A DNA stretch of 64,000 nucleotides, taken from positions 3,224,001 through 3,288,000 of the forward strand of contig CM060733.1 of the NCBI GenBank assembly GCA_030704615.1. Direction: 5' to 3'. This DNA is from Takakia lepidozioides (taxonomy: Eukaryota; Plantae; Bryophyta). The notes under the pieces are model-generated. The model made no database searches. It was given only the letters and a program-made list of their open reading frames with translations, and was not told the DNA's origin. This document shows, piece by piece, positions 50,678 through 61,218 of this stretch (its first letter is position 1; the number at the start of each line of letters is the position of its first letter). The translations under genes were made by a program, and so were the position numbers.

Positions 50678-53122
50678 ATGAGGACCTTTATGTTTAAGAG
50701 TGCTCACAGAGCTCTTCTGGCCTCTTGTGGGGGCGTATCTCAGACAGGACAACTGAAAGAGCTGCCGCATATCTTGAAAAAACAAGGGATTTCAGCACAC
50801 TCCGATATGTATGTCAGGCTCTTGAGGGACTGCATGAAAATGGGGGACCTTGAAATGGGAAAGCAGGTGCATGCCAACATGATCAGAAGTGGATTCCAGC
50901 CAAACATCTTTCTTCTGAACACTCTTGTCGACATGTATGCCAAGTGCGGAAGTTTGGTGGATGCTCGTCTAGTGTTTGACCAAATGCCTGAACGAAATTT
51001 GTTTACATGGACTATAATGATGGCAGGATATACAAGGCATGGGTGTGCCATGGAGGCGCTCAAGATCTATGAGCAAACAAAAGGAGGAGGGGTGTCGCCG
51101 GATAAGGTCATGCTCATTTGCGTTCTCAAGGCCTGTGCCAACCTTTCAGCCCTGGAGAAGGGAAAAGAGGTCCATGCTGACATCATGAACGCCGGAATCC
51201 AACCAGATATCATTCTGGAGACTGCCCTTGTCGACATGTATGCCAAATGTGGGAGCATGAAGGATGCGCATCAAGTTTTTGACAGTATGGCTAAACGAGA
51301 TGTGGTCTCATGGAGTGCGATGATTGCTGGTTATGCTCAGCATGGTTGTGGAATGGAGGCTCTCAAGGTCTATGGACAAATGACATGGGAACGGGTGATG
51401 CCTGACAAGGTCACATTCATTTGTGTTCTCAAGGCATGTGCAAATCTTGCAGTCCTTGAGAAGGCCAGAGAGGTTCATGCTGACATCATCAGAGCTGGGA
51501 TTGTGACAGATATTGTTCTGGAGACCGCCCTTGTTGACATGTATCACAAATGTGGTAGCCTGAAGGATGCGCAACAAGTGTTTGACAATATGGCTGATCG
51601 GGATGTGGTGTCGTGGAGTGCAATGATTGCAGGATATGTGCAGCACGAAAGTGGTATCGTTGCTTTGGAGATGTTTGAGCAAATGGTTCAGGAAGGGGTG
51701 ATGCCCGACAAGGTTACATTCATTTCCATTCTCAAGGCATGTGCGAGCCTGGCAGCCCTGGAAAAGGGTAAGGAGACTCATTGTGACATCATTAGAGCTG
51801 GAATTGTGCCAGATATCATTCTGGAGACTGCCCTCGTCGACATGTATGCTAAATGCGGAAGCATGAATGGTGCACGTCAAGTTTTTGATAATATGGCTGA
51901 ACGAGATGTAGTCTCATGGAGTGCGCTGATTGCTGGATATGCTCAGCAAGGGTGTGGTATGGAGGCTTTTGAGGTCTATGAGCAAATGATATGGAAAGGA
52001 GTGATGCCCAACAAGGTCACATTCCTTGCTGTTCTCAAAGCATGTGCCAGCCTGGCAGCCCTGGAAAATGGCAAAAAGGTGCATGCTGACATCATCAGAG
52101 CTGGAATTGTGCCAGATATCATCCTGGGGAATACCCTTGTTGACATGTATGCCAAATGCGGGAGCATGAAGAGTGCACATGATGTGTTCAACAGTATTGC
52201 CAAACAAAACGTGGTCTCGTGGAACGTGATGATCGCAGGATATGCTCAGAGTGGGTGTAGTAGGGAGGCCCTCCAACTGTTTAAACAAATGCAACAGGAA
52301 GGCTTGAAGCCAGATGCTGTTACCTTTACATGTGTTCTCTCTGCATGTAGCCATGTGGGTCTAGTGGATGAGGGCTGTCACTACTTCGATTCCATGAGCC
52401 GGGATCATGGCCTCACTCCCACATCGGAGCATTTTGGCTGCATAGTGGACCTTCTTGGCCGTGCAGGGCGATTGGATGAGGCAGAGGACTTCATTAATAT
52501 AATGCCAACTGAGGCAGGTGTTTCAGTCTGGGCTTCCTTACTGAGTGCCTGCAGAATTCATGACAATATTGAAGTAGCAGAACGTGCGGCAAAATACCTT
52601 CTCAAGAGGGATCTGCAGCACGCCACAACTTATGTGCTGCTATCCAACATCTACGCTGCTGCTGGCAGGTGGGACGACACCCAAAAGGTGAGACAAATGA
52701 TGCAGGACAGAGGTGTCAGGAAGGAGCCAGGGCTCTGTTGCATTGAGGTCGACAACCAGGTGCACACATTTGTTGCAGATGACCAAGTGCATCCACAAAT
52801 CGAGGAAGTCCATGCTGAGCTGAAGAGGTTGACTGTGTGGATGGAGGAGGCTGGATACGTGCCTGACACATTGCATGATGTGGAAGGGGAAAAGGTATTT
52901 TCTCTCAGCAACCACAGTGAGAAGCTTGCCATTGCTTTTGGGTTGATCAGTGAGCCCGCTGGGATGCCCATTCGCATACTCAAGAACCTTCGGGTGTGTG
53001 GTGACTGCCATACTGCTGCCAAGGTCATCTCGAAGATTGTTGGAAGAACAATTGTGGTAAGGGACGCTGACCGCTTTCACTTCTTCCAAGATGGGCTTTG
53101 CTCTTGTGGGGATTACTGGTGA
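50678..53122 (+). CDS. PLS-class PPR protein with E1/E2 and DYW deaminase domain (organellar C-to-U RNA editing factor)
   Basis: 814-aa open ORF with 17 PPR motifs in L-S-P triplets ending P2-L2-S2. HSEKLA, KNLRVCGDCH, CSCGDYW*. Confidence 0.97.
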   Translation: MRTFMFKSAHRALLASCGGVSQTGQLKELPHILKKQGISAHSDMYVRLLRDCMKMGDLEMGKQVHANMIRSGFQPNIFLLNTLVDMYAKCGSLVDARLVFDQMPERNLFTWTIMMAGYTRHGCAMEALKIYEQTKGGGVSPDKVMLICVLKACANLSALEKGKEVHADIMNAGIQPDIILETALVDMYAKCGSMKDAHQVFDSMAKRDVVSWSAMIAGYAQHGCGMEALKVYGQMTWERVMPDKVTFICVLKACANLAVLEKAREVHADIIRAGIVTDIVLETALVDMYHKCGSLKDAQQVFDNMADRDVVSWSAMIAGYVQHESGIVALEMFEQMVQEGVMPDKVTFISILKACASLAALEKGKETHCDIIRAGIVPDIILETALVDMYAKCGSMNGARQVFDNMAERDVVSWSALIAGYAQQGCGMEAFEVYEQMIWKGVMPNKVTFLAVLKACASLAALENGKKVHADIIRAGIVPDIILGNTLVDMYAKCGSMKSAHDVFNSIAKQNVVSWNVMIAGYAQSGCSREALQLFKQMQQEGLKPDAVTFTCVLSACSHVGLVDEGCHYFDSMSRDHGLTPTSEHFGCIVDLLGRAGRLDEAEDFINIMPTEAGVSVWASLLSACRIHDNIEVAERAAKYLLKRDLQHATTYVLLSNIYAAAGRWDDTQKVRQMMQDRGVRKEPGLCCIEVDNQVHTFVADDQVHPQIEEVHAELKRLTVWMEEAGYVPDTLHDVEGEKVFSLSNHSEKLAIAFGLISEPAGMPIRILKNLRVCGDCHTAAKVISKIVGRTIVVRDADRFHFFQDGLCSCGDYW

Positions 53123-54062
53123 TCCCAAGCAACAGATATGAAGGAAAGTGCCAACTTTTGCAAGGGATACTTTAGCATATATTCTTGTAAGGAATCATGT
53201 CGGAAGAAACAAATTAGTGTCCTTGATTGCAATTGTCAGCACACTGGGTGACAATCCTGATCTGGTCATGGCATCCAAATGATCTACCACATTGTATATA
53301 CCAAAAAACGGCTCTTGATCATTTGTGGACCTTGCAAGCCATACTTGACCGGACTGGTTTATGACATACAGAGCTGCAGAGCATCAAGTCAAGGGGTCAC
53401 AGGGAGTACCCCAGGGAGATCCTTAGCAAGCCATGCTCCTGAGTTTTGTGAATAGAACTCTTAACCTTCTGGGGAAGTTTTTTAAGACTCATGTTCCCCT
53501 GGAACAGTTAGCAGCATTGAGGGAGGAACTTAAAAAGGAATTTGAGTCGAGGCTTGCAACAGAACGGGAGGCCCGGCTTGATGAGGAGACGAATATGAAA
53601 TTGCCGACAAGCCTGGAAGAGTCTCAGGCAGCTCTACAGGTTGAGAAAGCCAATTTGGTCAAGATGGGTCTGGAGATGGTTAAATTAGCAAATGCATGTT
53701 TGTCATCGGAATACATCAGCTTGAAACCATTAAGCAATTCATTTTTTTGTGTAAGGGGATTGAGGCCCAAAATAATTAAATGGCCATGAAAAATTACCAG
53801 GCAGAGACTAATAATATAATTTATATATATATAGTAGGGGCAGACTCGCCCCAGCCCATGCACTAGTGTGCCAATTAATTATATTTAAAAATACCAGAAT
53901 CTATCCAGATTCGATTTGTTTTTTCAACAATTGGCTTACGAAAAGGAAAAGAAAAAAGCTGGAGGTTGGAAACTAGAGTTGGATCCCAGTTAGAGTTTTT
54001 GGACCTTTAGCTTTTCAGGGTTCATTGTCTCTCTTCTCCGTAGCGCATCGTGGGGTTTTTTT

Positions 54063-55083
54063 CAGTGTTGGGCGGTTATTTATATTTTTTGCTAATAGGC
54101 GGTTGTGGTTACATTGGAACTCAATATTGAAATAACCTAGTAGGCTGGTTACTTCAATTTATTGACTTTCTAATAACCTGCCGGTTGCGGTTAAAGAGTC
54201 AGAGTTTTATTTTTAAATTCGAAAATAGCACGAGTGGCTACAGAGTTTTGCAAAAATTAGACATATATTCTGTTCATCCATTCAAAGTAGGACAGAATCA
54301 TCCAAATCCGTACTTCAGATTATCCATATTTGGCAAATTCATCCATAATTATTATTTGTTTTGGAGAAATTTGGCGATTTCATCCATGAAAAAACATGGA
54401 ATTTGCTACGGAATATTCTTTTCTATTTTTTGAGGTAAATTTGCCAAAGAAAAAAACGCTGTTAAGAGTGACATGTTTTTTTGGCCGGGTATCCATAAAT
54501 CCGGTTATCATTTTCGCTATAACTGAGGGTTATACAACCGGTTATGTATATTTATTTATTTATTTAAAAAAATATAGAATTATAGCTGAAACTTGTATCA
54601 ACCATAAATATATTTTCAAGCCTACATTAGTACAATAGAGCCGGCCTGTAGATATATTTTAGATATACACATGCATCTAGAATTACTAAATGAATTGGGG
54701 TCATCAATGGGGATTTCAAAAAATACAATGTCCTATAATGTTTCAATGTGCTTCAAAATATGAAGCCCCGGCAATCTCATTCAGGAATTTAGCCAAGGAC
54801 TCGCACCTCATAACCACCACTCATAACCTTAGGTTATTAGACCCAATATATATATTCATAACTGTGCACTTAAAAAATACCCAACCGGTTGTCTAAATCA
54901 ATTTTTAAAATTTTGGCCTCCCCCGGTTACTATTGGGACCGGTTATTTGTATGCCTACACTCTGCCGGTTCCTAACGGGATCGGTTATTTCAAATTTTCA
55001 TCTCCTGCGGTTATATATATATATAAAACTGGATAGATAACCAACTGTTATTAGAGAAAAGATTAAATAACCGCCCAACATTG
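54063..55083. mobile_element. hAT-type non-autonomous element (1021 bp including a nested MITE)
   Basis: TIRs CAGTGTTGGGCGGTTATTTA / TAAATAACCGCCCAACATTG. 8-bp TSD GTTTTTTT / GTTTTTTC. Many internal CCGGTT/CGGTTA motifs. Confidence 0.85.
54200..54461 (-). mobile_element. hAT-type MITE, same family as 34133-34433, nested in the previous element
   Basis: Ends CAGAGTTTT...AAAACGCTG; TSD TAAAGAGT / TTAAGAGT; reverse-complement match to the 34-kb copy. Confidence 0.88.
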
Positions 55084-55411
55084 GTTTTTTCTGCTTCTTG
55101 TTCCCTCCTCTTTCCAGCCTTCTGCTTTTCGCCTCTGCTATGAATCTCCCTTTCTTGCTCCTGGTTCCCATAGGCCCTTCTTTGGTTGCCTTCCCCGCTT
55201 TCTCGAGTTCCCATGTAGAGGTTATTTTTTCGTTTTGTACCCCCCCCCCCCCCCCCCCCCGCCCCCTCCCCCCCTTCTTTTCATCTATTTCTGGGGTTTC
55301 CAGCCCTGTGTTTCAATAAGAAAAAACCAGTACCAATGGTTTTCGTAACCATAGAGCTGCTGGAATTCTGTAATCATATCCAAGTGCATTCATAATCTTC
55401 TGTTTGAGCAA

Positions 55412-56008
55412 ATAAAGGTGCCAGGTTTGAAAAAGGGTGTGGGGATTAGAGAGTGGTCCAGGAATTATGAAGCGGGAGTTATAGTAAGCTACAGCAGGAG
55501 TTCAATTAATAACTGTCATGTAAGGCGAGGGGGGAAAAAAAAAGGCAAGAAGGTAAAACCTATTAAATAGGGGATGGTTCATGGTTAGATTGGGGTAAGC
55601 AGGCGTGGTGGTTTCTAGGAGTGACGTGTGTCAGGGCAGCCTTCAAAAAGGTCCCACCACTTGAGGGTTTGAACAGTTAGAGGGCCTCCCTGCCTCTCTT
55701 CTCATCGGCGGCCTGCTTCCCGCTCCCTTCATACAGACATGAATGCAACGCATCTACTTGCTCTTTTTGGCCTAACACTCTGATGTTGCACATCCATACA
55801 TATCTAACAATTCGTATAATAAATCTCCTTCTCACCTATATCGAACCCAATCTTCACAAGATTCCGTCGAAGGAGAAAGAAACGGGATTCCCCCCCTTAC
55901 ATGACAGTTATTAATTGAACTCCTACAGTAGCTTACTATAACTTCCGCTTCATAATTCCTGGACCACTCTCCAATCCCCACACCCCTTTTCAAACGTGGG
56001 CCCCTTAT
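55412..56008. repeat. Inverted repeat of about 114 bp (55412-55525 and 55895-56008) enclosing a DnaJ-derived fragment
   Basis: GTTTGAAAAAGGGTGTGGGGATT...AACTGTCATGTAAGG is mirrored by CCTTACATGACAGTT...CACCCCTTTTCAAAC. Confidence 0.9.
55667..55893 (-). repeat. 227-bp inverted copy of 49665-49891
   Basis: Reverse-complement match with about 1 mismatch by eye. Confidence 0.92.
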
Positions 56009-56011
56009 AGA

Positions 56012-56223
56012 AACATTCATCTGGAAAGAAATCATCAAACAGTGTCATCAGCTTCGGGAGTGGTCCTCCACCTAATGTTGAGACATTTTTCTGAAAAGAA
56101 ATCATCAAACACCTTGTCATCAGCTGCGGGAGTGGTCCTCCACCTAATGTTGAGACATTTTTCTGAAAAGAAATCATCAAACACCTTGTCATCAGCTGCG
56201 GGAGTGGTCCTCCACCTAATGTT
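56012..56223. repeat. 72-bp tandem repeat, about 3 copies
   Basis: Unit AGACATTTTTCTGAAAAGAAATCATCAAACACCTTGTCATCAGCTGCGGGAGTGGTCCTCCACCTAATGTTG. Confidence 0.92.
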
Positions 56224-56441
56224 AAAGGCAGGTGTGGCGTACTCTGCCACTTTTGAGACTAATTCTCAGGCGGAATCTGCCACCCAGGGTGTACTGCCGA
56301 TTCGGCAGGCCGAATACACGGAGGACAGCAGAGCAACCACCAGTCCCATGTCATCAACCATCGTACTGTCTACCTCTCGCCCCGTTTATATCCTCTCAGG
56401 GCCTGAATCTGGGCAATCGATATGGGATAATTGACCCCCAA

Positions 56442-57265
56442 TCATATTGCACCAGGTGGCGGCGAGAATACGCCACACCTGCTTTTAACGCCAGTGTCAG
56501 GGCGAGCCCTAGTGCACAGGGCAGAGCACGGCCCGTTCTCTAGTACGTTGAGACATTTATCTGAAAAGAAATCATCAAACACTGGGTCAGGAGTTTTGGT
56601 AATCATCTTCCACGTTAGAGTGGAGAATTCCAACTCCCACAAACAAATGGATTTTGGCAGCATACGACGTTTAGCATCCCAAATACCAGCAACCCGCAGA
56701 CGGCGTCCTTGACTCTCCACAAGGACCCCAAATCTCAACGCAGAATCGGGCATCCCAAATACCAGCAACCCGCAGACGGCGTCCTTGACTCTCCACAAGG
56801 ACCCCAAATCTCAACGCAGAATCGGGCATCCCAATTCCGACCCTGCTCCAAACCCCACTCACAATGTCCAGCAATCGGCCGAATGCCTGCCTTTCAGGAT
56901 AAGCCAGACCATACAGAGCATTGCCGCATACCACAGTGCTTTGACAACGGGGTAAAGCACTGTGACAAGCAGAAGGTACAGTTCCAGTTTCGGTCCACGA
57001 GTTGGAGACTGAGTCATACACTTGCGTCCTTCGAGGTCCGAGGGAAGGATTAGTGTCGTGCATTACCACAATAAGCTTGTAGGTCTTGGTGGATTCATCG
57101 ACAACCAAAGAGCGTACCTGGACGTAGCTGGACCAGCTGCCAGAAAACAGCAGTGCCGGCAGTTGTCTCCAGGTCCTCAAGAGAGGGTTGCACACAGTAA
57201 AGATAACAGGAAGTCAAGTTTTACTGACATAATGCAAAGTAGGCCTCCATCTCCACCCGCATAAC
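56442..57265 (-). pseudogene. F-box-associated / kelch-like beta-propeller pseudogene
   Basis: GDGGLLC, CNPLLRTWRQLP, YKLIVV, TQVYDSVSNSW, ICLWELE..TLTW. A 76-bp tandem duplication (56674-56825) breaks the frame. No F-box motif recognised upstream. Confidence 0.75.
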
Positions 57266-57955
57266 TGTGTGGGACTAAATATGATAGAACTTGCAGCATA
57301 CAGACTCTCCACCCAACTCGGAATCCAGACAACCACCATGAGAGCACTACACCTCTTATATAGTTGCTAGCTACTCTCAAAGTAGACTTGCTTATAGCCT
57401 ACTTATTACTATATATGAAATACTCCCAACATGAGCCAGCGTTCTGGAGGAACATGGACAAATTCAGGTCTTGCTATCTACATTTAGCTCTGCTCTTTTG
57501 ATCGTTGTTTAGCCAAGTTCGCCGCCCCTTGTTGCTGCTCGCTGGTTTCCGTCTTCGGTTTTCATGGTGGCTTCTGCTGTGGTGTCTCGGTTTTTCTCTT
57601 GGTTCGTTGGGACTTCCTGGTGGTTGCCCTTCGCTAAAAGGGCTTCTCGCAGGAGGTCCAACAAGTTGGGCCATGCCTTCATGGCATGCAACAACTTGCC
57701 GAGGTTATTTTTTCTTAGTTTATCAGTCTATTTTGGGCGGTCCCTTTCTCAGAAAAACAAAACAAATTGTCAATGCTTGTAATCTCAAAGTGAAAGTCTG
57801 CGAGCTTACTTTAGGACCTCGTCACTAAATGGGCAGAATTTTATACATTATGCAATCAAAGCATGGAAATACATAAAAAATTCCATGACTAAACAAGGAA
57901 GCTCAAAATTACTTGGATGTTGTTCGATACCAGATTTCAATTGGTGCCATGGACT

Positions 57956-60900
57956 TCACTGCGTCGGTGCTGGTTTGAAAAAGGAAGTAATTGTACAAGT
58001 TGCAACCACAGGCCTAGTGTTGTCTCTCCGCTGGATTTTCTTGGGATGCTGCTTCAGTGGTGAAGCTATGGGCTTGACACAACCCTCCTTAGCATGCTGT
58101 GTCAAGTCTGTACTCATGCCTAAACCACGCTTACGGCTAAACCCCAATCTGTCATCACCTAAAAAGTCAACATGTCCATCCTTTCTCTCACAGAACCCAT
58201 CTTGCAATATACCCCCAGAGCTGAAGTCTGTGGGTGTCCCAATTACTATTTCATTGCAACTTGAATTTGAATTCATGCTCTCACCTATGTTACAACCAGT
58301 TTTTGCATTGGGTAGAATGATCCTCTGTACAGGCCAGCCACTCTCTTCCACGCTGGCATTTCCTTTCATTTGAATTTCAGTGTCAGATAACTTGACTGGG
58401 TCTCCAGAGCTCTCAGCATCCTCATTGGCCACACACCAACCGCAAAACATTTCGGTGAGCTTCTGGGGTGGGGTCTGGCTGGGAGAGGCCTGAAGGGATT
58501 GCACTCCCTTAAAGAGGGAGTGTAAGCTACCTCGCTTGGGTGATGCCAGCTGAGCGGCTTTCCAATTGAAGACCATGTGAACAGGTAACTTCAGCAACAA
58601 GTTCTTGGCATTGATTAGGGGTTGGTCTTCCCAGTCTGTGCCCCACATGAAATAGATAGGCCCCTGCAAAGAGACAAGGCAAAGAATTGGGATATTTCTG
58701 CATCTATTCTGGAAACAGATCAACTACACTATGGTTCCATGTGCTCAGAACTTGTTATTTATTCATATGTCAAACACTACAATTTCTCTTCAAAAGTGAT
58801 TCCTAAATTTGATACCAGATTACACAATCTATAACATTGTTGAGGGAAATGGACTAGTACCTTAAGGTTATCAGGGAGCTTTGTTTGAAGACGTGCAACC
58901 CATGTACAAAGTTCAGAGTCAGATAGCACCCGCATACTTCCCTACAGTAAAATCCAAGGATCAACATACTACCACATGTTATAAATGATCTACAGAGTGC
59001 ACTATGGACAAGAACACATCAGGGAAACAGAGACAAAAATGGTTGGTGGGAGGTGTGCATCCAGTGTCAGGTAGCCTCTGATGCCAGTACCTAAACATGA
59101 ATACAGTCTAGAGGCTTAAGGTGGTGCAAAGGAAAACTGTGAACGGCTTTTCCTGCAATTTCTGTTACAAGTCAGGGAAGGCTGGCCATTGGCCAGAAAA
59201 GGGGCTTGTTTATTTTTGGCCTGGCTCTCTCTTTGGGCATCGTTATATTTTTTGAAAGTGGTTTCTTGTAGTTCTACTTAGTACTGAGTGCCCTCATATA
59301 GACTGTAGGGTTTCTTTCTTTCTGTAGGTTACAACGTTCCACTCATGACACCTGATAATTCTGTATTCAAAAGCCCCCCAATCAGCTGCCAACAAAAAGA
59401 TTCTTTGGAGATGACAACTGACAGCAGGAGAAGGTGGCAAACCTCTCTACGATGCACTCGAATGTAGTGGTAGCTTGGTTGTGTCACAGCCCATGCCACT
59501 GGTAGAATTGTTTTCTTCTGGAAGAAAAGTTAAGTAGACCAGTAGATGGAGTCAGATATGCTTCCGAGACAGGACTGCATCAGGCAGCTGCTTGCGCTTG
59601 AAAGTTACAAAATATCATTCTGATGCGGAAACTCCTCATGGACACTCTTCTCATGCACTGTAAGTGAATTATGAACCGTTCAGGATGACTTGAAAGTGCT
59701 GGTTGACTGACAATGTGATATTTGGAAGTTGAAGAATAGAATCGTTAAACCAAACAACCTGGCCCAAGAGAAAAGAGAGAGAAAGAGAGAACAGTTCACC
59801 TGGCCATCAGGTAGACCAGTTTGGTGGCGGTCCTTTTGGAATGTCTCATGCGCCAGCTCATCCTGTGGAACGTTCATCAAACGTGTTTCCTTTGGAAGAC
59901 ACCTCCTTACTCCGCTTCAGTAAAAGCTGAAAAGATCCACTAGTAAAGCTTCTGTGCAAGTACTGAAGCCAAAGTCCATTGCAGGGCGGTAATATGTCAT
60001 ATCTTTAAACTTCTCACCGCTTGCCATCTCTACGAAGTGCACATAGTCCGTCTCAATAAGGAGACCTAGAAATTTATGAGAAATTTGCACAATCAACATG
60101 CCAGACAAGCACATGTGAATTGCTTCATATCTTGTCATTTGTTGAATGATGTGGCCCCAAGCATTCAACGCTTATAGCCACAACAGATCTTGCTACTGCA
60201 TGTCAAGACCAAAAAGCTTGTGCCAACTAAGCAGCAGGACTTCAAATTCTGATTGGGATACATCAAATTGCACATATACCAGTTCCGTTATAACAAAGAA
60301 CCAGTTAATTCCCTAGGTGAGTGACTAGTAGGAATCGAGAATGGACTTACTGCAGCCACCAATCCAAGTTGGTTGTCTGTCAACCATTGGAATGTTGCCA
60401 GGTGTTGGTCCCCTGCAAACCAATCTCTGCACCGAAATTCCACTGCCTGCTCATACACCCACCACCCTCGCATAACTCAGGTGACTATTATGATTACCCC
60501 TGGGAACCAAACTAGTGCATGTGCTGGTGTGTGAAGGAAGAAAAACAAAACATCTTATAGAGGAGGGAACAAGAACCCAGAGGACCCGAGATATGGTTGC
60601 AGCTAGAAGACAGTATTTACCAGCTAAGAATTTCAGATCTGGATAACTCACTGCTTCTGCAAATGATGAGAATCCTCTGCAAAGAGATTAAAGTTCTTCT
60701 CTAATGGAGGCACGACAAACCAAAATGTGACTCCAGGAGTAGCATACTGGATTAATCCAATCCTGACAAAGTATGTTAACCCACCTGTCTGACTCACTCT
60801 AGAGATTGTGTTGACAGAAAATACCTGTTCTTTGTGAAATTTGCTAGCGTGCCCTTGTTGATACCCTTAGCTGATATGGTCTACCTTACACTCAAGGGAA

Positions 60901-61099
60901 AGTGTCCTTTTTGAGGTTGAGTACTTGTTGCGTCTGATACATTAGTTCATGTCATCTGCTTCATATTACATCTGTTGAAAGCAAGTTTGTGTCTGGGAAA
61001 GGTCAAGAGGTGCACCATAGAATAACGAGCATCCAAATGACGGCGACACCACAGAACATGTGCTCGATTTTCTTCGTTGGATTTGAAGGACAAGTGAAA
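57956..61099 (-). CDS. DUF72 (UPF0759/YecE-like TIM-barrel) protein, 3' six exons: 61099-61016, 60446-60351, 59862-59800, 59517-59443, 58941-58861, 58663-57956; 5' exons not in the window
   Basis: Spliced product FHLSFKSNEENRAHVLWCRRHLDARYSM|AVEFRCRDWF...LGLVAA|DELAHE...|...AVTQPSYHYIRVHRRE|GSMRVLSDSELCTWVARL...|GPIYFMWGTDWEDQPLINAKNL follows the DUF72 motifs AVEFR..W, Y.R.H, EL..W and A..NA..L. All introns are GT-AG, phase 0. Confidence 0.82.
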
Positions 61100-61218
61100 C
61101 TGCACACTCCCCTATCACCGCCATCACTTCAATGGTTCTCATTTGATACTGCTAATCCAAACAAGCAGATCCACCCTAAGTCTACAAACAATTGTGGTCC
61201 ACAGATGCATAAGATTGG

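Noticed and set aside
51308-53128. Long antisense ORFs over the PPR gene
   Set aside because: Shadow frames of the repetitive PPR coding sequence.
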